From: Heteronotia binoei
Lineage: Eukaryota
DNA: 64,000 nt
Assembly (NCBI RefSeq): GCF_032191835.1
Contig: NC_083233.1
Coordinates: 84,568,001-84,632,000 of the forward strand
Direction of reading: 5' to 3'
The notes under the pieces are model-generated. The model saw only the letters and a program-made list of their open reading frames with translations. It had not been told where the DNA came from and did no database searches. Position numbers and translations under genes: made by a program. Positions within the stretch are counted from its first letter, which is position 1. Every line of letters starts with the position of its first letter. Below are positions 24,401-36,547 of this stretch, piece by piece.

Positions 24401-27400
24401 TCTGTTAAAACATTTCATTATATTATCTGATTGCATGCTGATTTGCTGTTCAACCTCTGCCTTGTGTGTACACACACACACACACACACGCAGGCAGGCA
24501 AGTCTGATTCCTTTCTGCTTGAGCAAGTGTGCCTGCAGACGAGAGCTCCCAGCCCGAATCAAACTTTGTTGGGCTGAAGCAGGCTGACCCAGTTAGAGTC
24601 CTTGAAAGGGCAGCTGCTGTAAGAGCCCTCTCAAGCCCACCCACCTCACAGGGTGTCTGTTGTGGGGGAGGAAGAGAAGGTGATCGTAAGAGAGCCAGTT
24701 TTGTGTAGTGGTTAAGTGTGTGGACTCTTATCTGGGAGAATCGGGTTTGATTCCCCACTCCTTCACTTGCAGCTGCTGGAATGGCCTTGGGTCAGCCATA
24801 GCTCTCTTCTCTGGGAGAACTGGGTTTGATTCCTCACTCCTCCACTTGCACCTGCTAGCATGGCCTTGGGTCAGCCAGAGCTCTGGCAGAGGTTGTCCTT
24901 GAAAGGGCAGCTGCTGTAAGAGCCCTCTCAGCCCCACCCACCTCACAGGGTGTCTGTTGTGGGGGAGGAAGGGAAAGGAGATTGTGAGCCGCTCTGAGAC
25001 TCTTCGGAGTGGAGGGCGGGATATAAACCCAATATCATCATCTTCTTCTTCTGCAGTGGAATCAGCTGCCAAGGGCCGTGGGGAGCCTCCCCCACACCAG
25101 CAGTCTTGAAGCAGCAGCTGGACAAAGCTGATTTTTAGCCTCCAGCTCACACATTTTTGTCTTAGCTTAGTAAAAATGGCCCCAGAGCACACTAATTTAT
25201 GCAGGAGCTCACAACTTTAATGCCAGTGGCTCACAAAGTAGAGTTTTTGCTCACAAGACTCTGCAGCTTAGAGGGGACACTGCCTGCCAGGGACACTCTA
25301 GAGGCTGACCCTGCACTGAGCGGGGGGAGGGGAGGGGGTTGGATTAGATGGCCTCTATGGCCCCTTCCAGCTCCCTGAGATGCTACAATTCCTCAGAGAA
25401 AGCACAGCAGCATGATACAGCTGATCAGCATCGTTGACAAAACCCTCCTGCTTGACATTCATTCTGAGATGCTTTCACCCGTGTTCAGGCCGATCAAAAA
25501 TCTCCCAACAATGAGTAATTCAAAGAGCCCCGTAGGGGAGCTAAGGCCCATCAGGAGAGCGGCAAGGAGAGCGACGAAGTTGTTTGTCCACAGGCCACCT
25601 TTCCTGGAAGGAGAGGAGAGCAAGAGAATCCCTTTTGTTAGAGCCAGCAGGGAAATGCTGGTGTGGCATGGCACGGTCGATACCCATTAGTTGCTTTTAG
25701 AAATATAATAACCCACAGCTGGAATGGACCCCAAGGATCATCTAGTCCCCCCCCCCGCACACTCCCCCTCCCCCAGTGACCCCTGCTCTGCCCAGAGGAA
25801 GGCAACCCTTCTGGCCAGAAGAGAAATTCCTTCTCGACCTCAGCAGTGGCGGAGGGGGGGGGGCGGCTTTCTTCTCCAGCTTTGGCTTGCCTGTGCTCAG
25901 GGCAAGAGAAACCTTCAGCTGGAGAAACTTTCTGGCTAGAATTCTAGAGCTTTTCTTCCCACTAAACCATCCCACGGAAGTTATTCTAGAGGGAGCCCTG
26001 CATTTCTCCCAGCAGTATCGACCTGGGGCCTGGGTTCAAATGCCCACACAGCCGTGAAGATCACCGGGTGCTCTTAGGCCAGGCACACAGCTCACTCGAG
26101 CCTACCCCACAAAGCTGTGCAAGTGGGCGTGGAGGGGGGGGTTTCTGTTCTGCCAAGCCCCAGGAGGAGGGTGTGTGAGGGCAGCTGAAAAACAAGCAAC
26201 AGGGCCCTGTTCTTCCCAAGAGTCAGAATGTTTCCCTTGTCATAACTAGTCTCTCTCTCTCTCTTTTTTGAGCTCCATTCTCCTCCTCCTCCAGGGCCGA
26301 ACTCACCTCCCTAGGCGCATGGCCAAGCTGCCTCCCAAGTGTGCCCCAAACAGGCCCCCAAGGGAGAAGATGGACGCCACCGTGGACCAGAGCAGGGTCA
26401 GCAGGCCAGGGCTGAGGGCTGCTTGGTAGCGCCTCTGCCAGCTCTCGTTCAAGAACTTGTGGATGTGCTGAAAGGGCAAAGAGGAGGCCTGCAGTCTCTG
26501 AGAGCCCGAAGGAGCCCCCTGGGTGAGGCTTTCACATGCATTCCCCTGCCCGGCTGCCCTGGGTTACGTTTCCAAGCCAATGGACACCTGTGCTCCCCCT
26601 CCCTTGGCCAGGCAGGTCCACACTGACCTCCAGCTGACCCAACCCCAGCCCTGCCACTTGCCCTCCCTGGCACCACGGCCCGGAGTCAGCTGGGGGCACT
26701 GTGCTTGCCAAGCGGGCCCTCAGGTTAGCTCCAGCTGCTTGCTGGTCCCAGGAAGGAGGCCCATGACCCCCCCCCCCTCCTCAGCTGCCGGAACACAAGG
26801 CTGGCTGCCTGCCCCTCTTCCCCCTCATGACCCGAATGGGCCTGGCTTCTGCTTCCACCCGCTTTGATCTTTCCACGGTTATTTGGTTCTTAACAAGCAT
26901 GAAATGTTACAGTAAACTTACATTGCATAGTTTAATCAGAAAAGTCATCAGCTGATAGCGCTGCTGGTCCCACATTAACAACAGGGAGGCCAGGCCACCA
27001 CTCCCCGTCTCTCGGCACTTTGTGCAGCCTCTGGGTTTCCTCAGGCATTGGTAGCCCTTTGGTCTTAGCCAGCAGGAAGGGCAGCCTGCTTCACTCCCCC
27101 CCCCTCCCCGAGCAGCCAGGCTCAAGCAGAGACTCCTGGGTTCTTGGACCATGCGAGTGGCAGACAAAGAATGAAGCACAGATCTGGGCCATCCACTGTG
27201 GGCGGAACAAACCAGGGAAGCAAAGCGGCCTGGATTTTACCAGCTAGCCAGTCCCTCTGAAATGGAGCTGGGAAGAACATGGAGCCCTGCTCCTAAGCAA
27301 GGCCTGAAGTCTTCTGGGAAAGAGCTGCATGCAAATCAGGGGCATCAGATCATTTCGAATGCTCCAAAGCACCGGAGAACACGAAACTGCCCCACGGCCT

Positions 27401-29600
27401 GTTGCTCCCACTGCCCCTGAGGGCACCCAAGAGACACCGCAGGCCTCAGAGATGCTTGCTTACCTCCGTGGGGGCATTGATCACAGAGACATTGTACCCA
27501 TACTGGAAGGTCCCTCCAATCCCAGCGGCACACATAGCCAGAAAGAGCGTCCAAGTAGGGAGCTACAGGAAGAAAGGCAACACTCAGTGGGCAGGACAGC
27601 CGGGTCTGTCCCCCTCCCCGCCAGGGTCATTCTCTCATGGAGGCAAAACAAAACACCCACCCACCCCACGGGTGCTCTTGAGGCCAGGCCTCTGGCGTTG
27701 GCAAAGCAGGTTCTGAAGGCAGCCGGAGTACGCCTGGCGGATGTGAGAGCTGCCCCCCCTAGTCTGCCTTCCCACAGGCACAGGAGAGGAGAGAGACTGT
27801 CTGGCCCCAACCGGCCCCGGGGACTGCAGCCTGGTGTTATGGCCGCCAGAGCAGAGCACAGCTCACCCACAAGCCACCTTCCTGAGGAGCCAGCTGGGCT
27901 GCCCTCCAAGGCTGCCAGGACGGATCTGGGGGTGACTCAGCCAGGCAATGCCTTCTCTCCCTTACACATGCCCAGGGCAGGGGGGGGCAGAGGTTCAGGA
28001 TCACCTGGCCCAGAGGAGTCAGGTCTTGCTAAGAGACCTCTGGAAAGCACCCACACACACACACACTAGTGGCCCAGAAAGACTTGAGGGGGCATGAACA
28101 GGCGAGGCAGATCCCCCTTGAGCTATGGGGCAGGAAGGCCCGTTTGAGCCCTCTGGCCCGAGTGGAGATCAGAACCGCAGAGTGGCAGCCAGGCCCTGGA
28201 AGGGTGGCCATCCCATTCCCCTCGGGGGGGGGGGGGGTTAAAAGACAGCCTCAGCAGGGGAGAAGGGAAGGGCTGCAGTTCCCCTGAAACCTCCCCCCTC
28301 ATTGCCACTGCCTGGCTGGCTGGAGGATCCCATGTTGGCCCCTGCAGCAGGAGCTCATGAGTCCCGAGGAAGGCAGTGCCACGACGATGCCCGCCTCCAT
28401 ATCCCAGCCTTGCAGCATTCTTGGTGGGGAAGGCGGCTGGGCCTCTTTGCCTGAGGAATAACCCCTCTGCATGTGACTGGGCAGCCTGTGGGCACAGAAG
28501 GGTCTTCACATGAGGGGCGTCCCGTGGAGCGCCTGAACCCCACTTCATCCCTCCACCCTCTGGCAGACAAACCTGTGCTCTGAGCAGAGGCCGAAGACCT
28601 TGGCCCCTCTCCAATCTAGCAGGGCTGGTATGCCTCTCAGATGCCTAAGCCCAGGCTCTGCCCGCATGACTCTCTGCCTTGTGATGGGGGGGGGGGGCGG
28701 ATGAGCTCCCAGGGACTCTGCCTTCCTGCCCTGCGGGTGATCCAGCTGCCTGCTGACCACCTCTCCACCCTGAAATGGCAGCAGGCAGGACTAGAAGCAG
28801 GCGTTCCTGGAGGGGGGCACTTGCTTCTCAGGCCACAAGCCATTCCCAGGTGGCCAGTTATGGATTTAACAAGGGAAGCACCGGAAAAGGGGGCGACCAG
28901 ATGACCCTCGAAGCAGCCTTTGGACCCTGCTGCTATGGCCCTGCATTTCAGTGCCTGGAGAGTAAAAAATCACCCGCTTCCATAATGGGCAGGAAAGCTA
29001 AAGTGTGGTGTTCAAAGTCCAGCTGGCACACGGGTTCCCTTGCGCGCAGGCATCTTCTGCATCCCAAATGAGAACACTTGCCGGGATGCTGACAACCTGG
29101 TCGCTGGAAGCTGCTTTTAAACCCGGAGGAGAAATCCCCCTTGGAAGCAGTGCTGCACTCCCCACCTCCGGTTCTGTTGCCCCTCTCGGCACCGCCCCCC
29201 CCCCCCAGCTCACAGCAGGCAACTCCTGGGATAGCAGCTGGTTCAAGAGCAGCGGCAGCAGCGGCAGGAGGAGTCCTGGTCGCCCTGGAGGTCCAAGGAG
29301 GCTCCAGTTTCGGGGAAGGCGGTGCTGCCTCCTTGCTCAGTCTGGCCAGGCACAAAAGAAGCCTCCCGCTGCACGTCTGGGAGGGGAGGGGGGAACGGCG
29401 TCGGGGATGTCTTCTTTCTTTAAAGGACAGCGGGTGGGGGGACCGAGGAGCCCCTTCCTGCTGCCTGGCGCCGCCGAGGGCAGGGCTGTGCCGCGGAGCC
29501 TGCTCTGCGTGGGCTCCCCGCTCTGCCGCCGGTGCGCTTCGCTTACCTTGCCGGGCGGGGCGGCGCCTTTGGGCGGCGGCAGGAGCGGTTGGGCCTCCAT
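15482..29600 (-). CDS. SLC2A11B: Facilitative sugar transporter, class II GLUT (SLC2A11-like, most likely SLC2A11B), 12 exons, 507 aa
   Basis: Exons (minus): 29600-29547, 27562-27464, 26467-26307, 25603-25479, 24000-23871, 23178-23030, 22645-22458, 21418-21308, 21216-21115, 20790-20718, 19138-19011, 15685-15482. All GT-AG and phase-consistent, 1524 nt. Motifs [45 protein letters not shown] and PETKNKTF. Family assignment is confident; the paralogue name is an inference. Confidence 0.85.
15975..16255 (+). mobile_element. Degenerate RTE/BovB 3' fragment
   Basis: Encodes a decayed ...[19 protein letters not shown]...[11 protein letters not shown]...RWTDSI, typical of the BovB ORF C-terminus. 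Confidence 0.75.
16823..17299. repeat. Nested palindromic (foldback) element, about 477 bp
   Basis: Outer arms 16823-16948 and 17187-17299; inner arms 16979-17048 and 17064-17135. Confidence 0.75.
21660..21854. mobile_element. hAT-type MITE with an 8-bp target-site duplication; partial second copy at about 25120-25282
   Basis: TIRs CAGTGTCCCCTCTAAGCTG / CAGCTTAGAAGGAACACTG; flanks CCCAAGAT / CCCAAGGT. Confidence 0.8.
23240..23375 (-). mobile_element. Old CR1 RT fragment
   Basis: Reverse strand encodes a decayed [15 protein letters not shown], matching the CR1 RT elsewhere in the window. Confidence 0.6.
24595..25051 (+). mobile_element. Squam3-like SINE with a duplicated 79-bp unit, preceded by a partial SINE tail
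   Basis: Head at 24689, two 79-bp units, standard tail and (TCT)n end. Confidence 0.85.
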
Positions 29601-30200
29601 GCTCAGCGCCAGGCCGGGCCCAGGGCGCCCCCCAGCGAGAGAGGCCCCGCGGCTGCTTCTCCTCCGGCTGCTGGGCTGCCTTGCTCCGCCTGGAGAGCGG
29701 GAGGAGCGCGGCAAGGGCGCGCCTGCCCCAGCAGCAGCCGCTGGAACGAATGGAGCGGGGCGCGCCCGCCCAGAGAAGCAGCTCTTGCGCGGCGATGCCT
29801 TCCTGCCCCTCCTGCAGCCGGCGCGAACTGGAGCCGACGAGCCTAGAGCCCCTTACCCTGTGCCCCGCCGCCGCCGCCGCCTGCTGACCGCATTCCATGA
29901 CGGGCGATTTGCAAAGGTCCGAGCGGAGCTGCTCAGCAGAGCCGCCGCGGGGGGGGGGGGGAGAGACAGAGGGCCCCGCCCTGCCCGCTCCGAGTTCCTC
30001 CGGCGCCTCTGCCCCCCCCCCCCGCCCCGGCCGGCCGCCAGACAAGAGCGCGCTCCTCCAGCCGCCCCCGGGAGCGCTTGGGAAAGCTGGGAGGCCGAGC
30101 GACTGAGTGAGGAGGGCTGCCTGGGGCCCCTCCTCGCCCCCCCTCGGACAGAAGCCCAAAGGACCAGGCGCAGGCCTCTCCGCAGCCCTAGAGATGTGCC
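29380..30200. promoter_or_regulatory. CpG island over the GLUT gene 5' end
   Basis: High GC and CpG density surrounding both candidate first exons. Confidence 0.7.
29857..29898 (-). CDS. SLC2A11B: Candidate alternative first coding exon of the GLUT gene (MECGQQAAAAAGHR)
   Basis: Good Kozak (GTCATGG), 14 codons, phase-0 donor AGG|GTAAGG compatible with exon 2. Confidence 0.5.
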
Positions 30201-30418
30201 ATTGCTGGACCCGAGGAATTTTTTTTGGGGGGGGGGGCGGAAAGGCGCTGCTGACTTGCCCAGCAAACCTAAACTTCTGCCTTTTGCCTAGCAAACTTTT
30301 GTTTGTGAGTTTCCTGCATTGTGCAGGGTGTTGGACTAGATGACCTTAGAGATCCCTTCCAACTCTGTGATTCTGATTCTTTTACTGAATGAACAGCATA
30401 AAGTATGCATTATTTAAC

Positions 30419-31903
30419 TGTGGATCAAAAACTGGCTGATTAATAGGAAGCAGAGAGTGAGTATAAATGGGCAGTCTTCGCAGTGGAGGACGGAAAGCAG
30501 TGGGGTGCCGCAGGGCTCAGTACTGGGTCCCATGCCCTTTAACTTGTTCATAAATGATTTAAAGTTGGGAGTGAGCAGTGAAGTGGCCAAGTTTGCGGAT
30601 GACACTAAATTGTTCAGGGTGGTGAGAACCAGAGAGGATTGTGAGGAACTCCAAAGGGATCTGTTGAGGCTGGGTGAGTGGGCGTCAACGTGGCAGATGC
30701 GGTTCAATGTGGCCAAGTGCAAAGTAATGCACATTGGGGCCAAGAATCCCAGCTACAAATACAAGTTGATGGGGTGTGAACTGGCAGAGACTGACCAAGA
30801 GAGAGATCTTGGGGTCGTGGTAGATAATTCACTGAAAATGTCAAGACAGTGTGCGTTTGCAATAAAGAAGGCCAATGCCATGCTGGGATTTATTAGGAAG
30901 GGAATTGATAACAAATCAGCCAGTATCATAATGCCCCTGTATAAATCGATGGTGCGGTCTCATTTGGAGTACTGTGTGCAGTTCTGGTCGCCGCACCGCA
31001 AAAAGGATATTATAGCATTGGAAAAAGTCCAGAGAAGTGCAACTAGAATGATTAAAGGGTTGGAATACTTTCCCTATGAAGAAAGGTTGAAACGCTTGGG
31101 GCTCTTTAGGTTGGGGAAACTTCGCCTGCAGGGTGACATGATAGAGGTTTACAAGATAATGCATTGGATGGAGAAAGTAGAGAAATAAGTACTTTTCTCC
31201 CTTTCTCACAATACAAGAACTCATGGGCATTTGATGAAATTGCTGAGCAGTCAGATTAAAACAGATAAAAGGAAGTAGTTCTTCACCCAAAGGGTGATTA
31301 ACATGTGGAATTCACTGCCACAGGAGGTGGTGGTGACTACAAGCATAGGCAGCTTCAAGAGGGGATTGGATAAAAATATGGAGCAGAGGTCCATCAGTGG
31401 CTATTATATATATATATAATTTTTTTTTGGCCACTATGTGACACAGAGTGTTGGACTGGATGGGCCATTGTCCTGATCCAACAGAGCTTCTCTTATGTTC
31501 TTATGTGACACAGAGTGCTGGACTGGATGGGCCATTGGCCTGATCCAACATGGCTTCTCTTATGTTCATATGTGACACAGTGTTGGACTGGATGGGCCAT
31601 TGGCCTGATCCAACCTGGCTTCTCTTATGTTCTTATGTGCCATAGAGTGTTGGACTGGACGGGCCATTGGCCTGATCCAACAGGGCTTCTTTTATGTTCT
31701 TATGTGACACAGAGTGTTGCACTGGAGGGGCCACTGGCCTGATCCAACACGGCTTCTCTTCTGTTCTTATGTGACACAGAGTGTTGGACTGAATGGGCCA
31801 TTGGCCTGATCCAACATGGCTTCTCTTCTGTTCTTATGTGACACAGAGTGTTGGACTGGATGGGCCATTGGCCTGATCCAACATGGCTTCTCTTATGTTC
31901 TTA
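30419..31903 (+). mobile_element. 5'-truncated CR1 (RT C-terminal part) with 7 tandem 67-bp terminal units
   Basis: GVPQGSVLGP and FADDTKL motifs; premature TAA at 31186-31188; tail array 31440-31903. Confidence 0.92.
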
Positions 31904-32414
31904 TAACTTAGCATGATGTAACGTGGTACAATATGGGGCATATTCATGGGATTTACTGTTGGGCATGTTTCTGGAGTTTGGCATTTTTAAACTGTAACTT
32001 TTTATATATTTTTATTTGGTTTTTTTTGTAATAGTTTTATTTCTCTCGTCATCATAAGGCTCCTTGAGTTCTACAAGAGAGAACGGCATCTAACAGATGC
32101 TTACAAACATCTTCATTTTCTATTAGAAAACCACCAGTAGATGCGGCCCCCGGTGCCCCCCCCCGACAGAGGACCCCCTCAAAAAACATGTAGATCCGGT
32201 CTTCCTTGCAAGCTCAAGCCATTGCTATTCCAACACAAAGGAAACACGGTGGAGGACCCAAGAAGCCCAAGTAGATGAACAGAGAACTCCATGATGAGTT
32301 ATGGAAGAGAAAGGAAATGTTCAAGAAATGGAGGGAAGCAGAAGCCTCTAAAGTATTTGATGTTGCTAGGGGTCAGTCTGTGGGCACCTAAAGGGCCACT
32401 CGGGGATCCAGGGG

Positions 32415-33310
32415 AGTCAGCACGGATTTGTCCTGCCAGACCAACCTCATTTCCTTCTTTGATCAAATGTTGGGCTTCCTGGATCAGGAGAGCATAGCTG
32501 ACATTGTTTACCTGGATTTCAGTAAAGCTTTTGCCAGGGTTCCCCCTGATATTCCACCGGGTAACTTGGAGGACTGTGGACTGGACTCCAGCACAGTTAG
32601 GTGGACAGGGAACTGGTTGGAGAACTGCACTCAAAGAGTGGTTGTCAAGGCCATTTCACCTGAATGGAGGGGGGTGTCCAGTGGGATGCCACAGGGCTTG
32701 GATCTGGGCCAGGTACTTGTTAATATTTTCATCAGTGATCTGGATGAAGGTGTGGAGGGGCCACGTTAATTTTGCAGATGAAACCGGGAGCAGCAGTGAA
32801 CATTGTGGAAGACAGAGAGAGAACTCAATGATATCTGAACATGCTGCCAAAGTAAGCAGACATGAATGAGATGCAATTCATGAAGGATAAGTGCAGCGCT
32901 CTACTTCTGGGTAACAAACATGAGAGGCCCCTGTACTGAACAGGCGACACACGTCTGTGTGGTAGTGTGCATAAACAAGATCTAGGACTATGAGTGGACT
33001 GTAAACTAAATGAGCAGCCAGTGTGATGCAGTGACAAAAATAAAAGGCTAACGTGACCTTGGGGTGCATCAACAGAGGCATAACATCTGAATCACAAGAG
33101 GTCCTAGTTTCACTATACGCTGCACTGATCAGGCCACACCTAGAGTCTTGTGTGCAGTTCTGGAGGCCTCGCTTCAAGAAGGAGGTGGATGGGATGGGGT
33201 GGGTGCAGAGGAGAGCAAGGAGGAGGATCAGGGGCCTGGAGACCAAGAAGCCCTCCGAGGAGGAGAGGCTGAGGAGGGACTTGGACATGTCACTGGAAAA
33301 GAGGAGGCTG
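32415..33310 (+). mobile_element. Old, heavily decayed CR1 RT fragment
   Basis: [19 protein letters not shown] and YAALIRPHLESCVQFW, with multiple frameshifts. Confidence 0.8.
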
Positions 33311-33349
33311 ACGGGGAGATGTGATTACTCTCTTGGTGTATAATTGCAG

Positions 33350-33469
33350 CTAGGGCTTTCATTGTAGAAAAGGCCCAGCAGGAACTCATTTGCATATTAG
33401 GCCACACACCTCTGATGCCAAGCCAGCCGGAACTACGTTCCTGTGTGTTCCTGCTCAAAAAAAGCCCTG
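33350..33469. mobile_element. Short MITE-like element
   Basis: TAGGGCTTTCATTGTAG at the left end and CTCAAAAAAAGCCCTG at the right end form imperfect terminal inverted repeats. Confidence 0.45.
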
Positions 33470-33511
33470 ATGGCAGCAATTAAGTTGCTGTAAGGAAAAA
33501 GACACATTGAG

Positions 33512-34474
33512 ACATAAGAACATAAGAGAAGCCATGTTGGATCAGGCCAACGGCCCATCAAGTCCAACACTCTGTGTCACAGAAGAACAGAAGAGAAGCC
33601 ATGTTGGATCAGGCTAGTGGCCCATCCAGTCCAACAATCTGTGTCACATAAGAACATAAGAGAAGCCATGTTGGATCAGGCCAATGGCCCATCCAGTCCA
33701 ACTCTCTGTGTCACATAAGAACATCAGAGAAGCCATGTTGGATCAGGCCAACGGCCCATCAAGTCCAACACTCTGTGTCACACAGTGGCAAAAAAATTTA
33801 TATACACACATACACTGTGGCTAATAGCCACTGATGGACCTGTGCTCCATATTTTTATCTAAATCCCTCTTGAAGGTGGCTATACTTGTGGCCGCCGCCA
33901 CCTCCTGTGGCAGTGAATTCCACATGTCAATCACCCTTTGGGTGAAGAAGTACTGCCTTTTATCCGTTTTAACCTGTCTGCTCAGCAATTTCATCGAATG
34001 CCCACGAGTTCTTGTATTGTGAGAAAGGGAGAAAAGTACTTCTTTCTCTACTTTCTCCATCCCATGCATTGTCTTGTAAACCTCTATCATGTCACCCCTC
34101 AGTCAACGTTTCTCCAAGCTAAAGAGTCCCAAGCGTTTCAACCTTTCTTCATAGGGAAAGTGTTCCAGCCCTTTAATCATTCTAGTTGCCCTTCTCTGGA
34201 CTTTCTCCAATGCTATAATATCCTTTTTGAGGTGCGGCGACCAGAACTGCACACAGTACTCCAAATGAGACCGCACCATCGATTTATGCAGGGGCATTAT
34301 GATACTGGCTGATTTGTTTTCAATTCCCTTCCTAATAATTCCCAGCATGGCGTTGGCCTTTTTTATTGCAAACGCACACTGTCTTGACATTTTCAGTGAG
34401 TTATCTACCACGACCCCAAGATCTCTCTCTTGGTCCGTCTCTGCCAGTTCACACCCCCTCAACTTGTATTTGTA
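33512..34474 (-). mobile_element. 5'-truncated CR1 with 4 tandem terminal units, abutting the TTC28 CpG island
   Basis: Reverse strand encodes YKYKL.GCELAETDQERDLGV...SISGY, nearly identical to 51815-52467. Confidence 0.92.
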
Positions 34475-34559
34475 TCCATCCCACGCACACCGGGCTTGTA
34501 GAAGCGGACTGCCTTCCCTCAGGCAGCAGGGGCCCAAAGTGGCCGGCCCTGCTCTCTCT

Positions 34560-35900
34560 CCGGCAGCTACCCGATGAGGCAGGCAGGCGGGCCGGCGGAC
34601 GGGCCTGAGTGGCGACTCTCCCGGGTGGGCTGGGGTCTGTCTGGCAGGTGGAGTCCGAGCTGGAAGAGAAGGGGGGGGCAGCCAAACAGGACTCCCCCCC
34701 CCGCCCCGCCCGTGTGCTTTGTGCCCCAGGCTGCTTCTCCCCCCCCCCTCGGGCCAGAGCCTGCGGAGTGCAGCAAGAGGGCGAGGGGACTGCAAGGGAG
34801 GGGGCGACCGCGGCCCACTGGGGAGAAGCCGTGGGCCCCGTCGGGTGGAGCCGCTGGAGGGAGCTGCGCTGCCTGCCCTGGAGGGGGGGGACGGCCGGTG
34901 CCAGGGCCCCTGCTGCTGCTGCCGCGCTGTGGTGGGGCAGGGAGAGCGGGCGGGCAGGACGGGGTCCCCGAGGAGAGGGGCTGCACTCTTGCCGGGGCAG
35001 GCGGAGGAGGCGCCCGTCGGGGGGCGGGAGGCGGGCTGCGTTGGGGGTCCCGGCCAGGCCCTCCCGCCCGCCTTCTCTCTCTCTCTCCCCGCCTCCCCTC
35101 CCCTCCCCTCCCCTGGGCGGCCGGAGCGCGAAGATGGCGGCGGCGGCGGCGGGCGGGGAGCGGGCCGGGGGCGCGCAGCGGCGGCAGGAGGCGGCGGCGG
35201 GGGCGTGGTGAGGGCCCGCTCCCCATGGAGGCGGCGGCGGCGTCGTGGTCGCGGCGGGGGTGGCGGCGGGGCAGCGCGGGGGACGCGGCGGCGGAGGAGG
35301 AGGAGCGGCAGCGCGCAGCGCCTCTCCTGGCCCGGGTGAGTCCGGCGGCCGGCGGGGGGAGGGGGGCGCCGTCGGCCAAGCTCCAGGCGGCCTCCGGACG
35401 GCAGCGGCGCCTCCTCCTCGGGCTGGGGGGGGCAAGGGGGCTGGCGGCCTCACCCGGGTCCCTGCCGCCCAGCCCAGCCCGCGCGTCGTCGAAGGGGCGG
35501 CCGCCAGGCTCGGCGGGCGGGGGCGCTGCTGATGCTGCCCGGGGCCGGGAGGGGGGCTCCTTCGCTGGCGGGCGGGAGCTGCGGGCCTTTGGGCGCCCTC
35601 GGGGGCGAAGGGGCGGCGGCAGCAGGGGGCGCCGGGGGACGGAGGGAGGGAGGGCGGGAGAAGCGCTTGCAGGCGCCGCGCCTTGGCAGAGCCACGCTCG
35701 GCGGGCGCCTTCCTCGACGGCCCCGCTCGCGCAGCAGGCAGCGGGCAGAGAGACGTGGCAGAGGCTGGGCAGCAGCGTGGCGGGGCGGCCAGAAAGCGCG
35801 AGGCAGCTTCAGCGGCGGGGGGGAACTTCCGCGGGGGAGAAGGCGGCGGCTTCCCAGGGTCCCCGGCGGAGTGCAGAACCGTCGCTTTGAATGTCAGCAG
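34560..35900. promoter_or_regulatory. CpG island / promoter of TTC28
   Basis: Very high GC and CpG density spanning exon 1; YY1-like GAAGATGGCGGC at about 35130-35141. Confidence 0.75.
35225..35335 (+). CDS. TTC28: TTC28 candidate coding exon 1 (MEAAAASWSRRGWRRG...APLLAR)
   Basis: ATG in CCCCATGG, 37 codons, phase-0 donor CGG|GTGAGT, inside the CpG island; size and phase similar to human exon 1. Sequence similarity itself is low. Confidence 0.65.
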
Positions 35901-36547
35901 AGGGGATTTTGTTAAGCGGAGGGCAGCAGTCAAAAGAAAGTTAAAAAGGAGCCTCCCCTCCGCCCCCCAATGCCTGGAAACATTTAAGCTCCCCGAGCTG
36001 CAGCCCAAGTGGAAGAAGGCGGGCCTCGCTCCAATCAAGGCAGCGGCCACCAAGACTAAAAGGAAGCCTTCTCCAGCTGAGGAAGCCATGCAAGACAAAA
36101 TGGTTTCTCTCTGGGTCAGGTTCATCACCACAAAGCCCTCGGGGCCCACAGAACGGCATCAAGGCCTCTCTTCTGCTGCTGCTGGGCGGGAGAGGAGCGC
36201 AGCGGTTCAGTGGGCTCTTGGGGGTGTCCCTGTGAGGACACAAGCCACGGCATCCTGGACCAGCTGGAGTTTCTGGGCCAGGCTCAAGAGTAGCCCTGTG
36301 TAAAGTGCATTACAGTAGTCCATACAAGTTTCAATACAAATTTTGTATATAACGCGCTTTTAGAAAACAAGTTGTCTCCCTTGCAAGTACAAAAGGTCGT
36401 TTTCCAGCAAAACCCGCCCTCCCCCCACCTCAAAACCCGCCCTCCCCCCACCTCCAGCCTCAGCAGCTGCGCATGGCCATGATCCGTCTTCTCTTCACTT
36501 GTCCTTCCTCTGAGGGTCTCAAGGAGCCGCATGGGACTCCCCCCTCC

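Noticed and set aside
27329-28069. 246-aa plus-strand ORF
   Set aside because: Antisense to GLUT exon 2 and intron 1, with no domain features.
28948-30294. Overlapping 428-448 aa ORFs on both strands
   Set aside because: Stop-poor CpG island with low-complexity Ala/Gly/Pro/Arg translations; only the two short GLUT first exons have splice support.
34449-36303. ORFs of 200-566 aa around the TTC28 promoter
   Set aside because: GC-rich artefacts with no recognisable domain.
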